Virus record (IMG/VR): IMGVR_UViG_3300044834_000021
Span: 1-50,516 of that record
Length of the DNA: 50,516 bases
Strand: one strand, 5' to 3'
Origin: a virus
Lineage: Duplodnaviria; Caudoviricetes
The translations under genes were made by a program, and so were the position numbers. Below the pieces are notes generated by a model. The model had not been told where the DNA came from. It did no database searches and was given only the letters and a program-made list of their open reading frames with translations. Each line of letters opens with the position of its first letter. The stretch's first letter is position 1. This document shows, piece after piece, positions 40,506-50,037 of the stretch.

Positions 40506-43489
40506 GGCGCACCACTCGGCACGGCTCCCACGTAAAGCGGAATGAGGACCAAGACCATAAGGTACGCCCCGCCGCGCGGCTCCTGATCGCTGCGCGAGCC
40601 GACCACGATCCAATCGCTATCGACGCCCGCGCCCGGCGTGGTGATGGTCACGCGGTCGTTGATCTGAATGCCGGGGTTGCCGAGCACGCCGACGGTGATG
40701 TGTCGGGAGTATTCGCCGAGCCTGCGCATCTGCGCCTCGGCCATCGACTTCGCGACCGCCTTGTCGGTGACCGCGAGATCGGTGACGCGCGCGAGCCGCA
40801 CCTCGCCGATGAGCGCGCGTTCGAGTTCGACGTTCACGGCCTCGGCGTAGATCGCGGTCTCGACCCCGGTCGGCGTCACGGGCACGTACTTGATGATCTC
40901 GTTCGCGTCCTTGAAGACCTCGTAGACCGCGCCGAAGTCGAAGGCCGCCGGGTCGTCCACGGTCGCGATCTCGTTGGCGTTGATCCGGGGCTGCTTGATG
41001 AGGTTCACGGTGTTGCCCGCGAAGTCGCATTGGAGGAAGTCGGCCGCGTCCCACCCCGAGACGTACAGGCCGCCGCCCGTGTCGGTGTCGAGCGCGGTGG
41101 GCATCGTCACTTGCGCGACCACGCTTGAGATCGTCGCGCCCGTGGTCGAGTTCATCGTGTAAATCTTGCCCGTGGTGAAGGTCGTCATCTTGATCTTGAT
41201 GGTGCCCGCGTCGTTCCACGCCCACAGATCGCAATGGTCGCCGTCCGGGTTGGTGAACGGGCCGAGCATGAGCGCGCGCGTGCCTCGGTTGATCTTCTTG
41301 AACTTCCGATTCACGTTGTTGCCGACGCTCGCGTTGAAGCCGTCGCTGATCCACAGGTGATTGTCGAGCGGGTCCACCGTGATCCCGTCGGGGTAGCCGA
41401 GGCCGAGCGCGTGCGGTCCCTCGATGATCGTCATGGGATTGGTGGTCGGGCTGAGACGGTAGAGGTCGGAGTTCTGATCGAGATACCACAGGTGCCCGGT
41501 GGTCTTGTCGTATGCGATCCCGGCGGGCGCACCGAGGCCCGGCCACTTGAACTGCTCCTCTAGGTACTTCGCGCCCTCGTTGGCCTTGCCGTAGATGCGC
41601 ACGCGCGTCTTGAGCGCGTCGTCGTCCACGTCGGGGTCGAGGACGATGATGTCCTCCTTCGAGCGGAACGTGTACTGCGAGGTGGCCGGGACGTGCGCGA
41701 TCGCGCGTGTGCGGATAAGGCCGTCCTCGTCGGCCCACAGATCGAAGCCCGCGATGTCGCAGCATCGCTTGAGGAAGTCGATGAGCCGTTGGCCGTCGCT
41801 GCCCCTGATCTCACGGAAGAGGAAGTTCGAGGGCGCGAGATCGCGTGCGTATCCGGGGATGCCCGCGTAATCGAGGATGAAGTCGATGACATCGTTGAGC
41901 CGCTTGTCGAGGAAGACGAAGTTCGAGGTGTCGCGGATGTAGTTGACCGCGCCCTCCTTGTCCACGGAGTCGATGTCCTGCGGCCCGAGGAGCCTGATCT
42001 CCTGCGTGAGCAGTTTCTTGTTCCGGTCGCGCCCCGAGAACACGACCGAGCGCGGGTCGTCGTGCTGCCTCGCCGAGTCGGTGATCCCGTAGAAGGTGCG
42101 CTCGGCGTTCGCCACGACGCCGTGCCATTGCTCGATCTCCACGTACACGTTGGGCTTCGCGAACTTCGTGAGCGCCCCCGAGCCGTCCTCGGCGTTGACG
42201 TTGAACGCGCCGTCCTCGTTGTGCAGTTCGAGGTTGAAGGTGTCGGAGTCCATCTCCTTCGACTTGTCGAGTGAGATCGAGATGACGCGATCGCTCACGT
42301 CGATCGTCTCACCCACGGCGGCGACGTTCGCGCCGCCCGCGCCGAGGAGGATGTGAATGTTCGGCTCCGCGACGTTCATCTTCACCACGCGGATCGAGGT
42401 CTCTAGCGGATCGCTCGCCCACACGTACTCGCCGAAGGTGTGCGCGGGCACGTACATCCCGAAGCCCGGCCCAACGCCGTAGACGTTCCCGCCCGCCGGG
42501 AAGGGCGTGGGTATCTGCGTGCTCATCGGGAAGACGGTGATCCACGTGAGGCCGGAGTCGAGCGAGTACCACATCCCCATGCCGGTGCCGTCGCACTCGA
42601 AGGCGTAGGCCATGAGGTCGCCGTTGCGATCGCGGAAGATGTTGCCGAGCGAGCCGGTGAAACCCGAGAGGCCGCCGCCGTAGCCGTCGTTGAGTCGCCG
42701 CGTCCACGCGCCGCCGAGCGTGCCGGTGTAGATCGCCTTCGAGCCGTGCCAATCGCCGTCGTCACTCATCGCGACCATAGCCCACGTGCCCGGCGTCTTG
42801 GTCTCGCAGATCGCGAACGAGCGCGAGGTGTCCTGATTGATGCCCGCCGTCCCGCCATAGTTGCGGCCCGGCCCGGTGATCGCCATGCCGATCGACGCCT
42901 CGCCGCTCCATCCCGTCGTCGGGTCGTCATTGGTCGTCGTGCGATAGACGACGTGCTTGTCCGAGTCGCGCAAGTAGAAGAGATACAGGGTGTCGCCCGC
43001 CTTGTTGGTCATGAGTTGGAGGGCCACGTAGCCGTCGCGGCCGTCGTACTCGACCTCCTGATCCGTGAAGGCGGTCGCCATGAGGTCGGCCTCCGCGCTC
43101 CACGTGAGGCCCTCATCGGTCGAGATGCGCGTGCGCAGCCGTGCCGAAGCCTGATCGAACGCGACCGCGACGATCTTGCCCCGCCAATTCGCGATGGTCA
43201 GGTTGAGCGTGTTCTCGTCGAACAACTTGATCGGCTCGCGCTGCGCGCCCTCGTTGATGTACGCCATGAAGTAGGTGTGGAAGTCGCCGCCGCCATAGGG
43301 AGCCTCCTGCGCATTGAAGAGGAGGCAGGGCTGCCCGTTGTTCATGAGGCAGCCCTCGGGGTAGCAGAGATTTTGCAACTCGAACTCGGGCGTGTACGCG
43401 GTCATGAGCACGCGCTGCGAGTGCCCCTGCGGTCCCGACTGCCACTTGTCCTTGAGGATCGCGAGTTCGTTCGCGGTGAGCGCCCGCAC
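40502..43489 (-). CDS. Tail tip/hub protein with Asp-box propeller and an inserted second propeller
   Basis: Asp-boxes STDEGLTW and SLDSGLTW; hub motifs (FNLELHN, SGRD, LWADEDG, GNPGIQINDRV); GIAYD/GITVDP repeats. Confidence 0.8.
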   Translation of the reverse strand: MRALTANELAILKDKWQSGPQGHSQRVLMTAYTPEFELQNLCYPEGCLMNNGQPCLLFNAQEAPYGGGDFHTYFMAYINEGAQREPIKLFDENTLNLTIANWRGKIVAVAFDQASARLRTRISTDEGLTWSAEADLMATAFTDQEVEYDGRDGYVALQLMTNKAGDTLYLFYLRDSDKHVVYRTTTNDDPTTGWSGEASIGMAITGPGRNYGGTAGINQDTSRSFAICETKTPGTWAMVAMSDDGDWHGSKAIYTGTLGGAWTRRLNDGYGGGLSGFTGSLGNIFRDRNGDLMAYAFECDGTGMGMWYSLDSGLTWITVFPMSTQIPTPFPAGGNVYGVGPGFGMYVPAHTFGEYVWASDPLETSIRVVKMNVAEPNIHILLGAGGANVAAVGETIDVSDRVISISLDKSKEMDSDTFNLELHNEDGAFNVNAEDGSGALTKFAKPNVYVEIEQWHGVVANAERTFYGITDSARQHDDPRSVVFSGRDRNKKLLTQEIRLLGPQDIDSVDKEGAVNYIRDTSNFVFLDKRLNDVIDFILDYAGIPGYARDLAPSNFLFREIRGSDGQRLIDFLKRCCDIAGFDLWADEDGLIRTRAIAHVPATSQYTFRSKEDIIVLDPDVDDDALKTRVRIYGKANEGAKYLEEQFKWPGLGAPAGIAYDKTTGHLWYLDQNSDLYRLSPTTNPMTIIEGPHALGLGYPDGITVDPLDNHLWISDGFNASVGNNVNRKFKKINRGTRALMLGPFTNPDGDHCDLWAWNDAGTIKIKMTTFTTGKIYTMNSTTGATISSVVAQVTMPTALDTDTGGGLYVSGWDAADFLQCDFAGNTVNLIKQPRINANEIATVDDPAAFDFGAVYEVFKDANEIIKYVPVTPTGVETAIYAEAVNVELERALIGEVRLARVTDLAVTDKAVAKSMAEAQMRRLGEYSRHITVGVLGNPGIQINDRVTITTPGAGVDSDWIVVGSRSDQEPRGGAYLMVLVLIPLYVGAVPSGAP

Positions 43490-43875
43490 TAGACCGTCTC
43501 GCGGAAGTTGAAGGCCACGATCCAAATGGGCAGCCCACCGGCCCACACCCAAATGTGCGGCCGCGCGCTCATGACGATGACCGTGTGATCGGCCGCCTCC
43601 ACGCCGTCGTTGTGGAGAACCTTCTTGTACAGGAGCGCGACGAACGCATCGCGGATCGCGAGCGAGTCGGCGTAGACCTCAAGCGATGCCGAGCGCGCGC
43701 CCTTCGAGGAGGACTGAATGACCTCGTTCTTGTCGGCGAGCGCCGGGTCTTTGCCGAGCAACTTCTGCACGCTCGCTTGATCCTCGTAGCCGTACCCGGT
43801 GTACGAGTCGCGCACGGCGCGGTAGGCGATCGTGGCCTCGGCGGCGTACTTGAGTGAGAACGGAGCGAGAGGCAT
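43489..43875 (-). CDS. Distal tail protein candidate
   Basis: Position between tape measure and hub. Confidence 0.55.
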   Translation of the reverse strand: MPLAPFSLKYAAEATIAYRAVRDSYTGYGYEDQASVQKLLGKDPALADKNEVIQSSSKGARSASLEVYADSLAIRDAFVALLYKKVLHNDGVEAADHTVIVMSARPHIWVWAGGLPIWIVAFNFRETV

Positions 43876-45968
43876 TAGGTGGCGAAGGGCGACGAGCGGT
43901 CGCCGAGCCTGCGCTGCCCCTGCCGGATCGCCTCGGTGACCTGATCCACCACGTCGGCTGCGAGACGCGCGGCCGCCGCCTTGTCGGCCGAGCCGCCGTA
44001 GACGAGCGTGATGCCGCCGGGCGCGATCGTGACCCCGCCGCCGCCCATCCCGCCCCGGCCGCCGACCCCCTCGGGCGTCACGGTGACGCGCTCACGGGTG
44101 CCCTGCTCGCCCACTTGGAGCCACGTGGGGCGCGAGACGGTGGTATCGAGGCCCAACTGCCCTTGCAGCCCGCCCAAGCGCCGGTTGACGATCGGCGTGG
44201 AGCCGCCGCGCGCGATCGCGCCGAGTTGGGCGAGCCGATCCGCGCCGGTCGTCGCGCTGCCTCCGATGTACGAGACCCCCGTGTTGCCCGCGCGCGTGAG
44301 GTTGAGCGAGTTGTACGCGGCCTGCACCTCGAACACCGAGTCCTTCTCAAGCATGAGGAGGTTCTTCTGCTTCGCGTGGAACTCTTGGACCGCCTTCGCC
44401 TGCGCGGCCGCGCCCCGGTCGATGAGGCCCTTCACCTCGGCGTCGATCTCACCGGCTCGCGTCTGCGCGTCCTTGAACTCCTTTTGGAAAGCCTTGAGCG
44501 CGTCGGCGACCGAGATGCCGTGCTCGCCCGCGTATGCCTTGAGCGCGGCCGCGCGCTCGGGGCCGCCCTTGTCGAGTTCCTCTTGAATGGCGACGAGCGG
44601 CGCGATGAGTTCGCCCTGCACCTTGTCGTGCACGCGCTTGTACAACTGATCGCCGAGTTCGCGGTAGCGCGCCTCGGGCGTGGCACCGATCACGTTGTTG
44701 AGGATGTCCTCGATCTTCGCGAACGCCGGGTCGTCGAGTGCGATCCCGCCCTCACCACCGAACGTGTCGCGCAGTTCCTTCCCGATCGACTCCGCGATCC
44801 CGCCCGCGCGCGCGAGACCGCCGCCGCCCTTGCCGCTCATCTTGCCGCTGATCCTGTCGATGATGTCCGGGTACTTCCCGAGCGCGATGCGCAGCCGGTC
44901 GATCGCCTGCGTGGAGGTCTCGGCCGGTTGGCGGATGCCGAGTATCTCGTCCTTGAGCAGACCGAGCGCGCCGACAAATCCCTTCTTCTCCATGATCTTG
45001 AGGAAGAGGTCCATCGACCCCGTGCCTTCCTTGTTGGAGAACTGATCGAGGAACGGGATGCCCGCTTGACCACCGGCCTCGGCGAGTTTCAGGATGCCGA
45101 AGAACTCGCCCGCGAGGAGCGCCGCCGTGCCGAAGCCGCGCGCGAGTTGAGGCAGCATCCCGACCACGCCCTTCGTGACACCGGAGAAGCGCGTCATCTG
45201 CGTGCCGCCGATGTCCACGGTCTGCGTGAAGAACTTGACCGCGCCGGTCGCGCCGCCGACGAGCATCGGTAGCCCCTGCATCGTGGTCGAGAGGTTCGCG
45301 ATCGGCCCGAGCACTTGCCCGATCTTCGCCTCCGCGTCGTGCCATGCGTTCGCCATCTTGTCGGCCGCGCCCGCCTGCGAGTCTCCGTAGCGTTCGGCCG
45401 CGCCCGACACGCGCGACTGCACGACCGCGAGCGCCTCGGTCTCGGTCGCGCCCTTCTCGATCGCGAAGCCCATGCGCTGCAAGCCCGCCACGTTCTCGTC
45501 GTTGACCCGGCCGAGGAGCCGGGACGCGGTGACGAGATCGACGTTCATCGCGCGCGAGAGGTCCATCGCGAGGAGTTGCCGCTGCTGCGCCTTCTCGTAG
45601 GAGCCGGTCTCGATCGTCAGGATCGAGAGCGAGTCCATGAGTTGATTGTCGGAAAAGGCGAGACGCTTGCGCGCGTCGATGACCTTCTCGATCTCGACCT
45701 GTTGACGCTTCCACGATCCGCCGCCCTGATCGACCGCGTTCGCGAGGCGCAGCGTGGAGACCTCCTGATCGCGCGCGGCCTGCCCGAAGGTCTGCAACGC
45801 GCGAGCCGCGCCGCCGACCATGAGGCCGGTGAAGATCGAGGACGCCGCGCCCGCGAGATCGAGACCCTGCTTGGTGGCGGCGAGGTTCTTGTTGAGCGAG
45901 GAGAAGCCCGGCCCGGACTCGTCGCGGGCCTTGATGAGCAGGTTGATCGCGGCGTCGTAGTCGTTCAT
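43875..45968 (-). CDS. Tape measure protein
   Basis: 697 aa Ala/Gly-rich helical; INLLIKARDES start; follows the chaperones. Confidence 0.9.
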   Translation of the reverse strand: MNDYDAAINLLIKARDESGPGFSSLNKNLAATKQGLDLAGAASSIFTGLMVGGAARALQTFGQAARDQEVSTLRLANAVDQGGGSWKRQQVEIEKVIDARKRLAFSDNQLMDSLSILTIETGSYEKAQQRQLLAMDLSRAMNVDLVTASRLLGRVNDENVAGLQRMGFAIEKGATETEALAVVQSRVSGAAERYGDSQAGAADKMANAWHDAEAKIGQVLGPIANLSTTMQGLPMLVGGATGAVKFFTQTVDIGGTQMTRFSGVTKGVVGMLPQLARGFGTAALLAGEFFGILKLAEAGGQAGIPFLDQFSNKEGTGSMDLFLKIMEKKGFVGALGLLKDEILGIRQPAETSTQAIDRLRIALGKYPDIIDRISGKMSGKGGGGLARAGGIAESIGKELRDTFGGEGGIALDDPAFAKIEDILNNVIGATPEARYRELGDQLYKRVHDKVQGELIAPLVAIQEELDKGGPERAAALKAYAGEHGISVADALKAFQKEFKDAQTRAGEIDAEVKGLIDRGAAAQAKAVQEFHAKQKNLLMLEKDSVFEVQAAYNSLNLTRAGNTGVSYIGGSATTGADRLAQLGAIARGGSTPIVNRRLGGLQGQLGLDTTVSRPTWLQVGEQGTRERVTVTPEGVGGRGGMGGGGVTIAPGGITLVYGGSADKAAAARLAADVVDQVTEAIRQGQRRLGDRSSPFAT

Positions 45969-46223
45969 CTAGTTCGGCTTCGTCTCCAAGTGCTTGAGCC
46001 GCTCATCGTTCATCGACTCCGCGTCGAGGTACGCCTCGAACGCGAAGATCACGTGGTCGGGGAGGTCGAGGAACTCTCTCCATGAGGTGTGCCCTCCGGT
46101 GTGGGTGTTCCATCGCTTGAGGAGATACCACTCGTAGATGAAGGGAGGGATGCTCGCGCCTTCTTCACCTTCGCCTCCACGTCCGATGAGGAAGGCGAGG
46201 TATCTTGAGGCAAGAGGAAAGGG
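45969..46223 (-). CDS. Tail assembly chaperone, -1 frameshift extension (gpGT-like)
   Basis: Slippery C CCT TTC at 46223-46217 gives ...DPFPLASRY...WREFLDLPD...KPN*. Confidence 0.7.
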   Translation of the reverse strand, partial: PFPLASRYLAFLIGRGGEGEEGASIPPFIYEWYLLKRWNTHTGGHTSWREFLDLPDHVIFAFEAYLDAESMNDERLKHLETKPN

Positions 46224-46624
46224 TCGCCGCTCGCGCGGAACTTGTCCTCCCTCGCATCGACGACGCGAAGCAGAACGTCGCCGGTCTCGTCGAGACCAAG
46301 CACCGTCTCCTCGGTGATCGCCCATGCCTTGCAGTCGTTCGCGTGCGGGCCGGTGTTGCGCGAGCATCGGCATCCCGCGTTGCACGTGCAGCCGAAGCCC
46401 GGCCCACCCCACGCCACGATCGCGCGTTGCAGCATGACGATGTTGCCCGCTTCGAGGCGCGAGGCGTTCGGATCGTCGCGTGTGGCCTCGACCATCGCGC
46501 CCGTGATCGCCTGCCGGTCGCCGAAGTTGAGGATGCGCAGATCGGCCCAATCGCCCTCGTCGTTGAGTTCGATGTGCTCGATCTCGCGCGATGCCTTACG
46601 GAGCCGCCCCGCTAGTCGCGTCAT
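46049..46624 (-). CDS. Tail assembly chaperone (gpG-like)
   Basis: Between tube and TMP; LQRAIVAW; SD AAGGAGG. Confidence 0.75.
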   Translation of the reverse strand: MTRLAGRLRKASREIEHIELNDEGDWADLRILNFGDRQAITGAMVEATRDDPNASRLEAGNIVMLQRAIVAWGGPGFGCTCNAGCRCSRNTGPHANDCKAWAITEETVLGLDETGDVLLRVVDAREDKFRASGDPFLLPQDTSPSSSDVEAKVKKARASLPSSTSGISSSDGTPTPEGTPHGESSSTSPTT

Positions 46625-46656
46625 GTGGTGCCTCCTTGCTGCGTTGCCTCCTTACC

Positions 46657-47658
46657 CTAGACGAGCGGGTCGGCGATGCCGTTGACCGAGACCATGCGGA
46701 ACTGCTTGGCGAAGGTCACGTCGTAGATGCCGCGCAGTTTCATGGTGAAGATGCGGTTCGAGGTCCGCGACGAAAGCGCCCACCCGTCCCAAATGCCGGG
46801 CATGACGAGCCGCAACTTCTTCTTGACCGGGCCGGTCGAGCCTGCGATGTCGGACCCGAGGGCCTCGATCGCGACCACGCGCGGCGTGTTGGTCGTCCAA
46901 TTGACGCGCTCGGCGAGCGAGGAGGCGTTCTCCTCGAAGGTGAAGTCGCACTCGATCTCGCGGTGCTCGCGGCCGACGCCGCCCATCGCGTCGGAGCCGT
47001 CGCCGAAGAACTTGCGCCGGAAGTTGTTGCGGATGAGCAGGCGGAAGTCGATGAACGTGCCGGTCACCTGACCGGCGGGGTCCGAGCCGATCGCGCCGAT
47101 GTACAACTTCGAGTGCCCCATGCGCACGGTCTCACGACCGAGGCGCGCACCGGGATCGGTGAACGCTGCGACCGGAACGAGATCGCTCCCGAGGATCGTC
47201 GCGCGCAGCGACCACGGCTGCCCGACCGCCCCGGTGATCTCCAACTCGTCAACGAGACCGAAGGGCATCCGCCACGCCTGCGTCTCGTCCTGCTGCCAAA
47301 AGGTCGCGGCCTTGAGGTTGTCCACGGTCTCGTGCGGATCGAAGGTGCGCGTGTACGCGGTGACCGCTGAGAGGACGGCGGCCACGTCGCCACGCAGGGC
47401 GAGCAGGCCCCACCACGGGATGTCCTCGTAGGTCACGTTCTCGTTGTGCGTGCCGCCCGCTTCGAGCGGCCCGAGGACCGCGCCCTCCGCGCCGATGATC
47501 TGCGAGAACTGTCCAACGTCCTCGTCACGGATGACGAGCGGTTGGGTCTTGGTCAGATCGGTGGTGCCGTAGATGCGCCGCCCCGGAGGCGGTGCCTCGG
47601 CCGTGCCGCGAACGGCCTCGAACTTCGCGGCCGTGATGGTGAGTACACGCTCGCCCAT
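46657..47658 (-). CDS. Major tail (tube) protein
   Basis: EAVRGT N-terminal motif; beta-rich 333 aa; position; no sheath gene seen. Confidence 0.8.
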   Translation of the reverse strand: MGERVLTITAAKFEAVRGTAEAPPPGRRIYGTTDLTKTQPLVIRDEDVGQFSQIIGAEGAVLGPLEAGGTHNENVTYEDIPWWGLLALRGDVAAVLSAVTAYTRTFDPHETVDNLKAATFWQQDETQAWRMPFGLVDELEITGAVGQPWSLRATILGSDLVPVAAFTDPGARLGRETVRMGHSKLYIGAIGSDPAGQVTGTFIDFRLLIRNNFRRKFFGDGSDAMGGVGREHREIECDFTFEENASSLAERVNWTTNTPRVVAIEALGSDIAGSTGPVKKKLRLVMPGIWDGWALSSRTSNRIFTMKLRGIYDVTFAKQFRMVSVNGIADPLV

Positions 47659-47955
47659 CTAGGACTCCTTCTCCGAGTTGGCCGCGTCGGCCTTCTCCTT
47701 CTTCGTCCGCTCCTGCTCGGCCTTGTACAACTCCGAGTGCCCGAGTGGCGACTTGAACTTGTACATCGGGGTCTCGCGCTCGGCGTCCTGCCGGAGGCGC
47801 TCCATCGTGTGCTCGTCCATCTCCTTGAGATCGTCGTCGGTGAGATCGCGAGCCGGGACGCCGGGGAGATACCCGCCGCCCTCGTACTTCGCGACGGTCG
47901 GAGCCTTCTTCTCCTCGGCCTTGTCGGTCTTCTTGGTCTCGTCAGGCTTGGTCAT
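47659..47955 (-). CDS. Small virion-region protein
   Basis: YEGGGYLPGVPARDLT motif; SD GAGGAGGG. Confidence 0.65.
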   Translation of the reverse strand: MTKPDETKKTDKAEEKKAPTVAKYEGGGYLPGVPARDLTDDDLKEMDEHTMERLRQDAERETPMYKFKSPLGHSELYKAEQERTKKEKADAANSEKES

Positions 47956-48479
47956 GTTCGACCCTCCTCGATCGTGCAAATTGTGGGAATGAAGATGTCG
48001 CGCGCGAAGAGATCGTCTGCGATGAATCGGACAGGCGAGTAGTCGATGAGTTCCGCTTGCAGATCGAGGCCGAAGCCGATGCCGCCCGCGACGAAGGTCC
48101 CGGCCGAGCGTGCGGCCATGAGCGCGTCGATGACGGCGCGCTCGTAGCGCCACACGAGAAGCGTGAGGTCCTCCTCCGGGTCGGCGGTCTGCGTGGGTGC
48201 GACGGGTGCGGTGACGATCGCCACGATCGCCACGGTGAAGATCGATTTCATGTAGTCGATCGCATCGGTCTCGACCGTGTGCTGCACGGCCTCGATCTCG
48301 ATGGCCGGATAGGCGGCGTGATTGGAGTGCGTGCCGAGCACGACGGCGGCCGGGTCCGCGAGCGCGTTGGCCGGAAGGCCGAGGTCGGACTCCACCCGGC
48401 GCAGGGCGGCCGGAACGCGCGCGATGAGTTGCTCCTGCACGCATCTCGCGATCGGCTCGACGAGTGCGATCGTGGTCAT
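47952..48479 (-). CDS. Tail terminator/completion protein
   Basis: YPAIEI motif; position. Confidence 0.6.
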   Translation of the reverse strand: MTTIALVEPIARCVQEQLIARVPAALRRVESDLGLPANALADPAAVVLGTHSNHAAYPAIEIEAVQHTVETDAIDYMKSIFTVAIVAIVTAPVAPTQTADPEEDLTLLVWRYERAVIDALMAARSAGTFVAGGIGFGLDLQAELIDYSPVRFIADDLFARDIFIPTICTIEEGRT

Positions 48480-49006
48480 CCCATGCTCGCTTTGGCGTTG
48501 ATCGCGGCGGCGGCTTCCTTCGCCGCCTCGTTCAAGCGCCTCGCGATGATCCGCTCCCACGACCGCTTCTGATCCTGCGTGACAACGAGCCACGGCCGGG
48601 CGGGCATCCGCCGGGTGCCGGTTTGGTGGAGCCGCGCGCGCAGGCCGACGGCGCTGCGCTCGTCGATGCCCATGCGCATCTGCATCGGCTTGATGTCGAG
48701 GACCGCGCCCGCACTCTTATCGCCCGTGGCCGCGTGGAACATCTGATCCGTGCGCCGGAGGATGCCCTTGTTCGGGAAGTTGCGCGCCTTCCATGCGGCG
48801 TAGCGAGGTGAGAGGGGTGCCCATTGCCCGGTCGCGGCCGAGCCGGAGGACTCGAACTGCGCGCGCTCACCGATGTAGAAGGAAGTCGCGATCTCCCTGA
48901 ACGCATCGCTGAGATCGGAGATGTCCTTCGTGAAGCGCGTGAAGACGCGATCGAAGAACGGTGCGTCGGGGTTGAACGCGAATGTGACGCGAAGGCCACC
49001 GGCCAT
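48476..49006 (-). CDS. Virion morphogenesis protein (Mu gpG-like)
   Basis: WAPLSPRY...ILRRT...HQTGTRRMPARPWL. Confidence 0.85.
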   Translation of the reverse strand: MAGGLRVTFAFNPDAPFFDRVFTRFTKDISDLSDAFREIATSFYIGERAQFESSGSAATGQWAPLSPRYAAWKARNFPNKGILRRTDQMFHAATGDKSAGAVLDIKPMQMRMGIDERSAVGLRARLHQTGTRRMPARPWLVVTQDQKRSWERIIARRLNEAAKEAAAAINAKASMG

Positions 49007-49009
49007 CGC

Positions 49010-49519
49010 CTACCACTCAGTCGTGCGTGTGAAGATCGGGTCGCCCGTGGTGCCGAGGGCGACCGCCTCCGAGTCAACATTGCCGTCGGTCCAAAGCGAG
49101 CGAGGCTCGCCCGGCGCGACTCCACCCGTGACGATGATGATGTTGTCGGGGATGAGGTTCTCGCCGTCGGTGAGTTGCTTGAGAAGCGAGCGGTACTCGC
49201 GCGTCTTGTCGTCACCGAGGTTGGAGGACGCAGGCCCGGCCGCGTGCGGGAACATCCCTTGAAGCACGACCCCGGCCGTGCCGAGCGCGTTGAGCCGCTT
49301 GAGGAAGCCCTCGACCCATGAGGTGAGGCTGACCGGGTTCGGCGGCACGGCGACCGGAACTTGAACGCTCCGGGCCGCGAGTACGCCGTCGATCTCCGCT
49401 GCGATGTCGTCGATGATCTCCCCGGCCTGCGTGAGGTTAGGCACGGAGGTCGCGGTGAGGTTGGGGCCGTACCGACCCATCTCCCGCTTCACATCGGCGA
49501 TCTCGCAGTACCCGGACAT
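49010..49519 (-). CDS. Head-tail adaptor (Mu gp36-like)
   Basis: YCEIADV...AEIDGVL...VPV. Confidence 0.75.
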   Translation of the reverse strand: MSGYCEIADVKREMGRYGPNLTATSVPNLTQAGEIIDDIAAEIDGVLAARSVQVPVAVPPNPVSLTSWVEGFLKRLNALGTAGVVLQGMFPHAAGPASSNLGDDKTREYRSLLKQLTDGENLIPDNIIIVTGGVAPGEPRSLWTDGNVDSEAVALGTTGDPIFTRTTEW

Positions 49520-49972
49520 CTACTTCTTCTTCGTCGTCTCGGTCTTGGTCTCGGTCTTGGTCTCGCCGTCCTCGCTCCGCTTGCCCTTCTTCTTCTGAGC
49601 CTCGGCAACGAGGGCCTCTTCGCGCTCCTGCGCGGCAAGGTGAGCGTTCGAGGTGATGGCGGCGGAGTCACCCTCCTGCGCCTTCTTCTCGATCTCGTGC
49701 TCGGCGATCTCATCGCGCATCCGGGCCACCTTGTCCTCGGCGGTCTCCTTCGCGCTTTGCTCCGCCTTGTAGTCGGCGGGGCTGAGTGCGGAGCCTGCGA
49801 GGATGAGTTCCTCGGCGGTGTCCGAGTCGATCTCGAACTCTTCGCCCGGTGCGACGAGTGTCGCCTCTTCCGTGCGGATCATGCCGAGGCCGAGCGGGGC
49901 GCGCTCCGCCTTGCCGCCGAACTTGACGTTGGTCTTCGCTACGAGTTTCACGTTGCCCATGTGTGCTTTCAA
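49520..49972 (-). CDS. Post-capsid head protein (packaging chaperone-like)
   Basis: PGEEFEIDSDTAEELILAGSA plus a charged tail. Confidence 0.6.
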   Translation of the reverse strand: MKAHMGNVKLVAKTNVKFGGKAERAPLGLGMIRTEEATLVAPGEEFEIDSDTAEELILAGSALSPADYKAEQSAKETAEDKVARMRDEIAEHEIEKKAQEGDSAAITSNAHLAAQEREEALVAEAQKKKGKRSEDGETKTETKTETTKKK

Positions 49973-49993
49973 TGCCCCCTTCTATTTGGCGAA

Positions 49994-50022
49994 GGGGCGG
50001 GGGTGGCCTTTACCCCCGCCCC
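49994..50022 (-). terminator. Hairpin after the capsid gene
   Basis: GGGGCGGGGGT-AAAGGCC-ACCCCCGCCCC then TTC. Confidence 0.6.
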
Positions 50023-50037
50023 GCATCGCCGCGTTCG

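Noticed and set aside
38710-43489. Diversity-generating retroelement targeting tail genes
   Set aside because: No reverse transcriptase and no template/variable repeat pair were seen.
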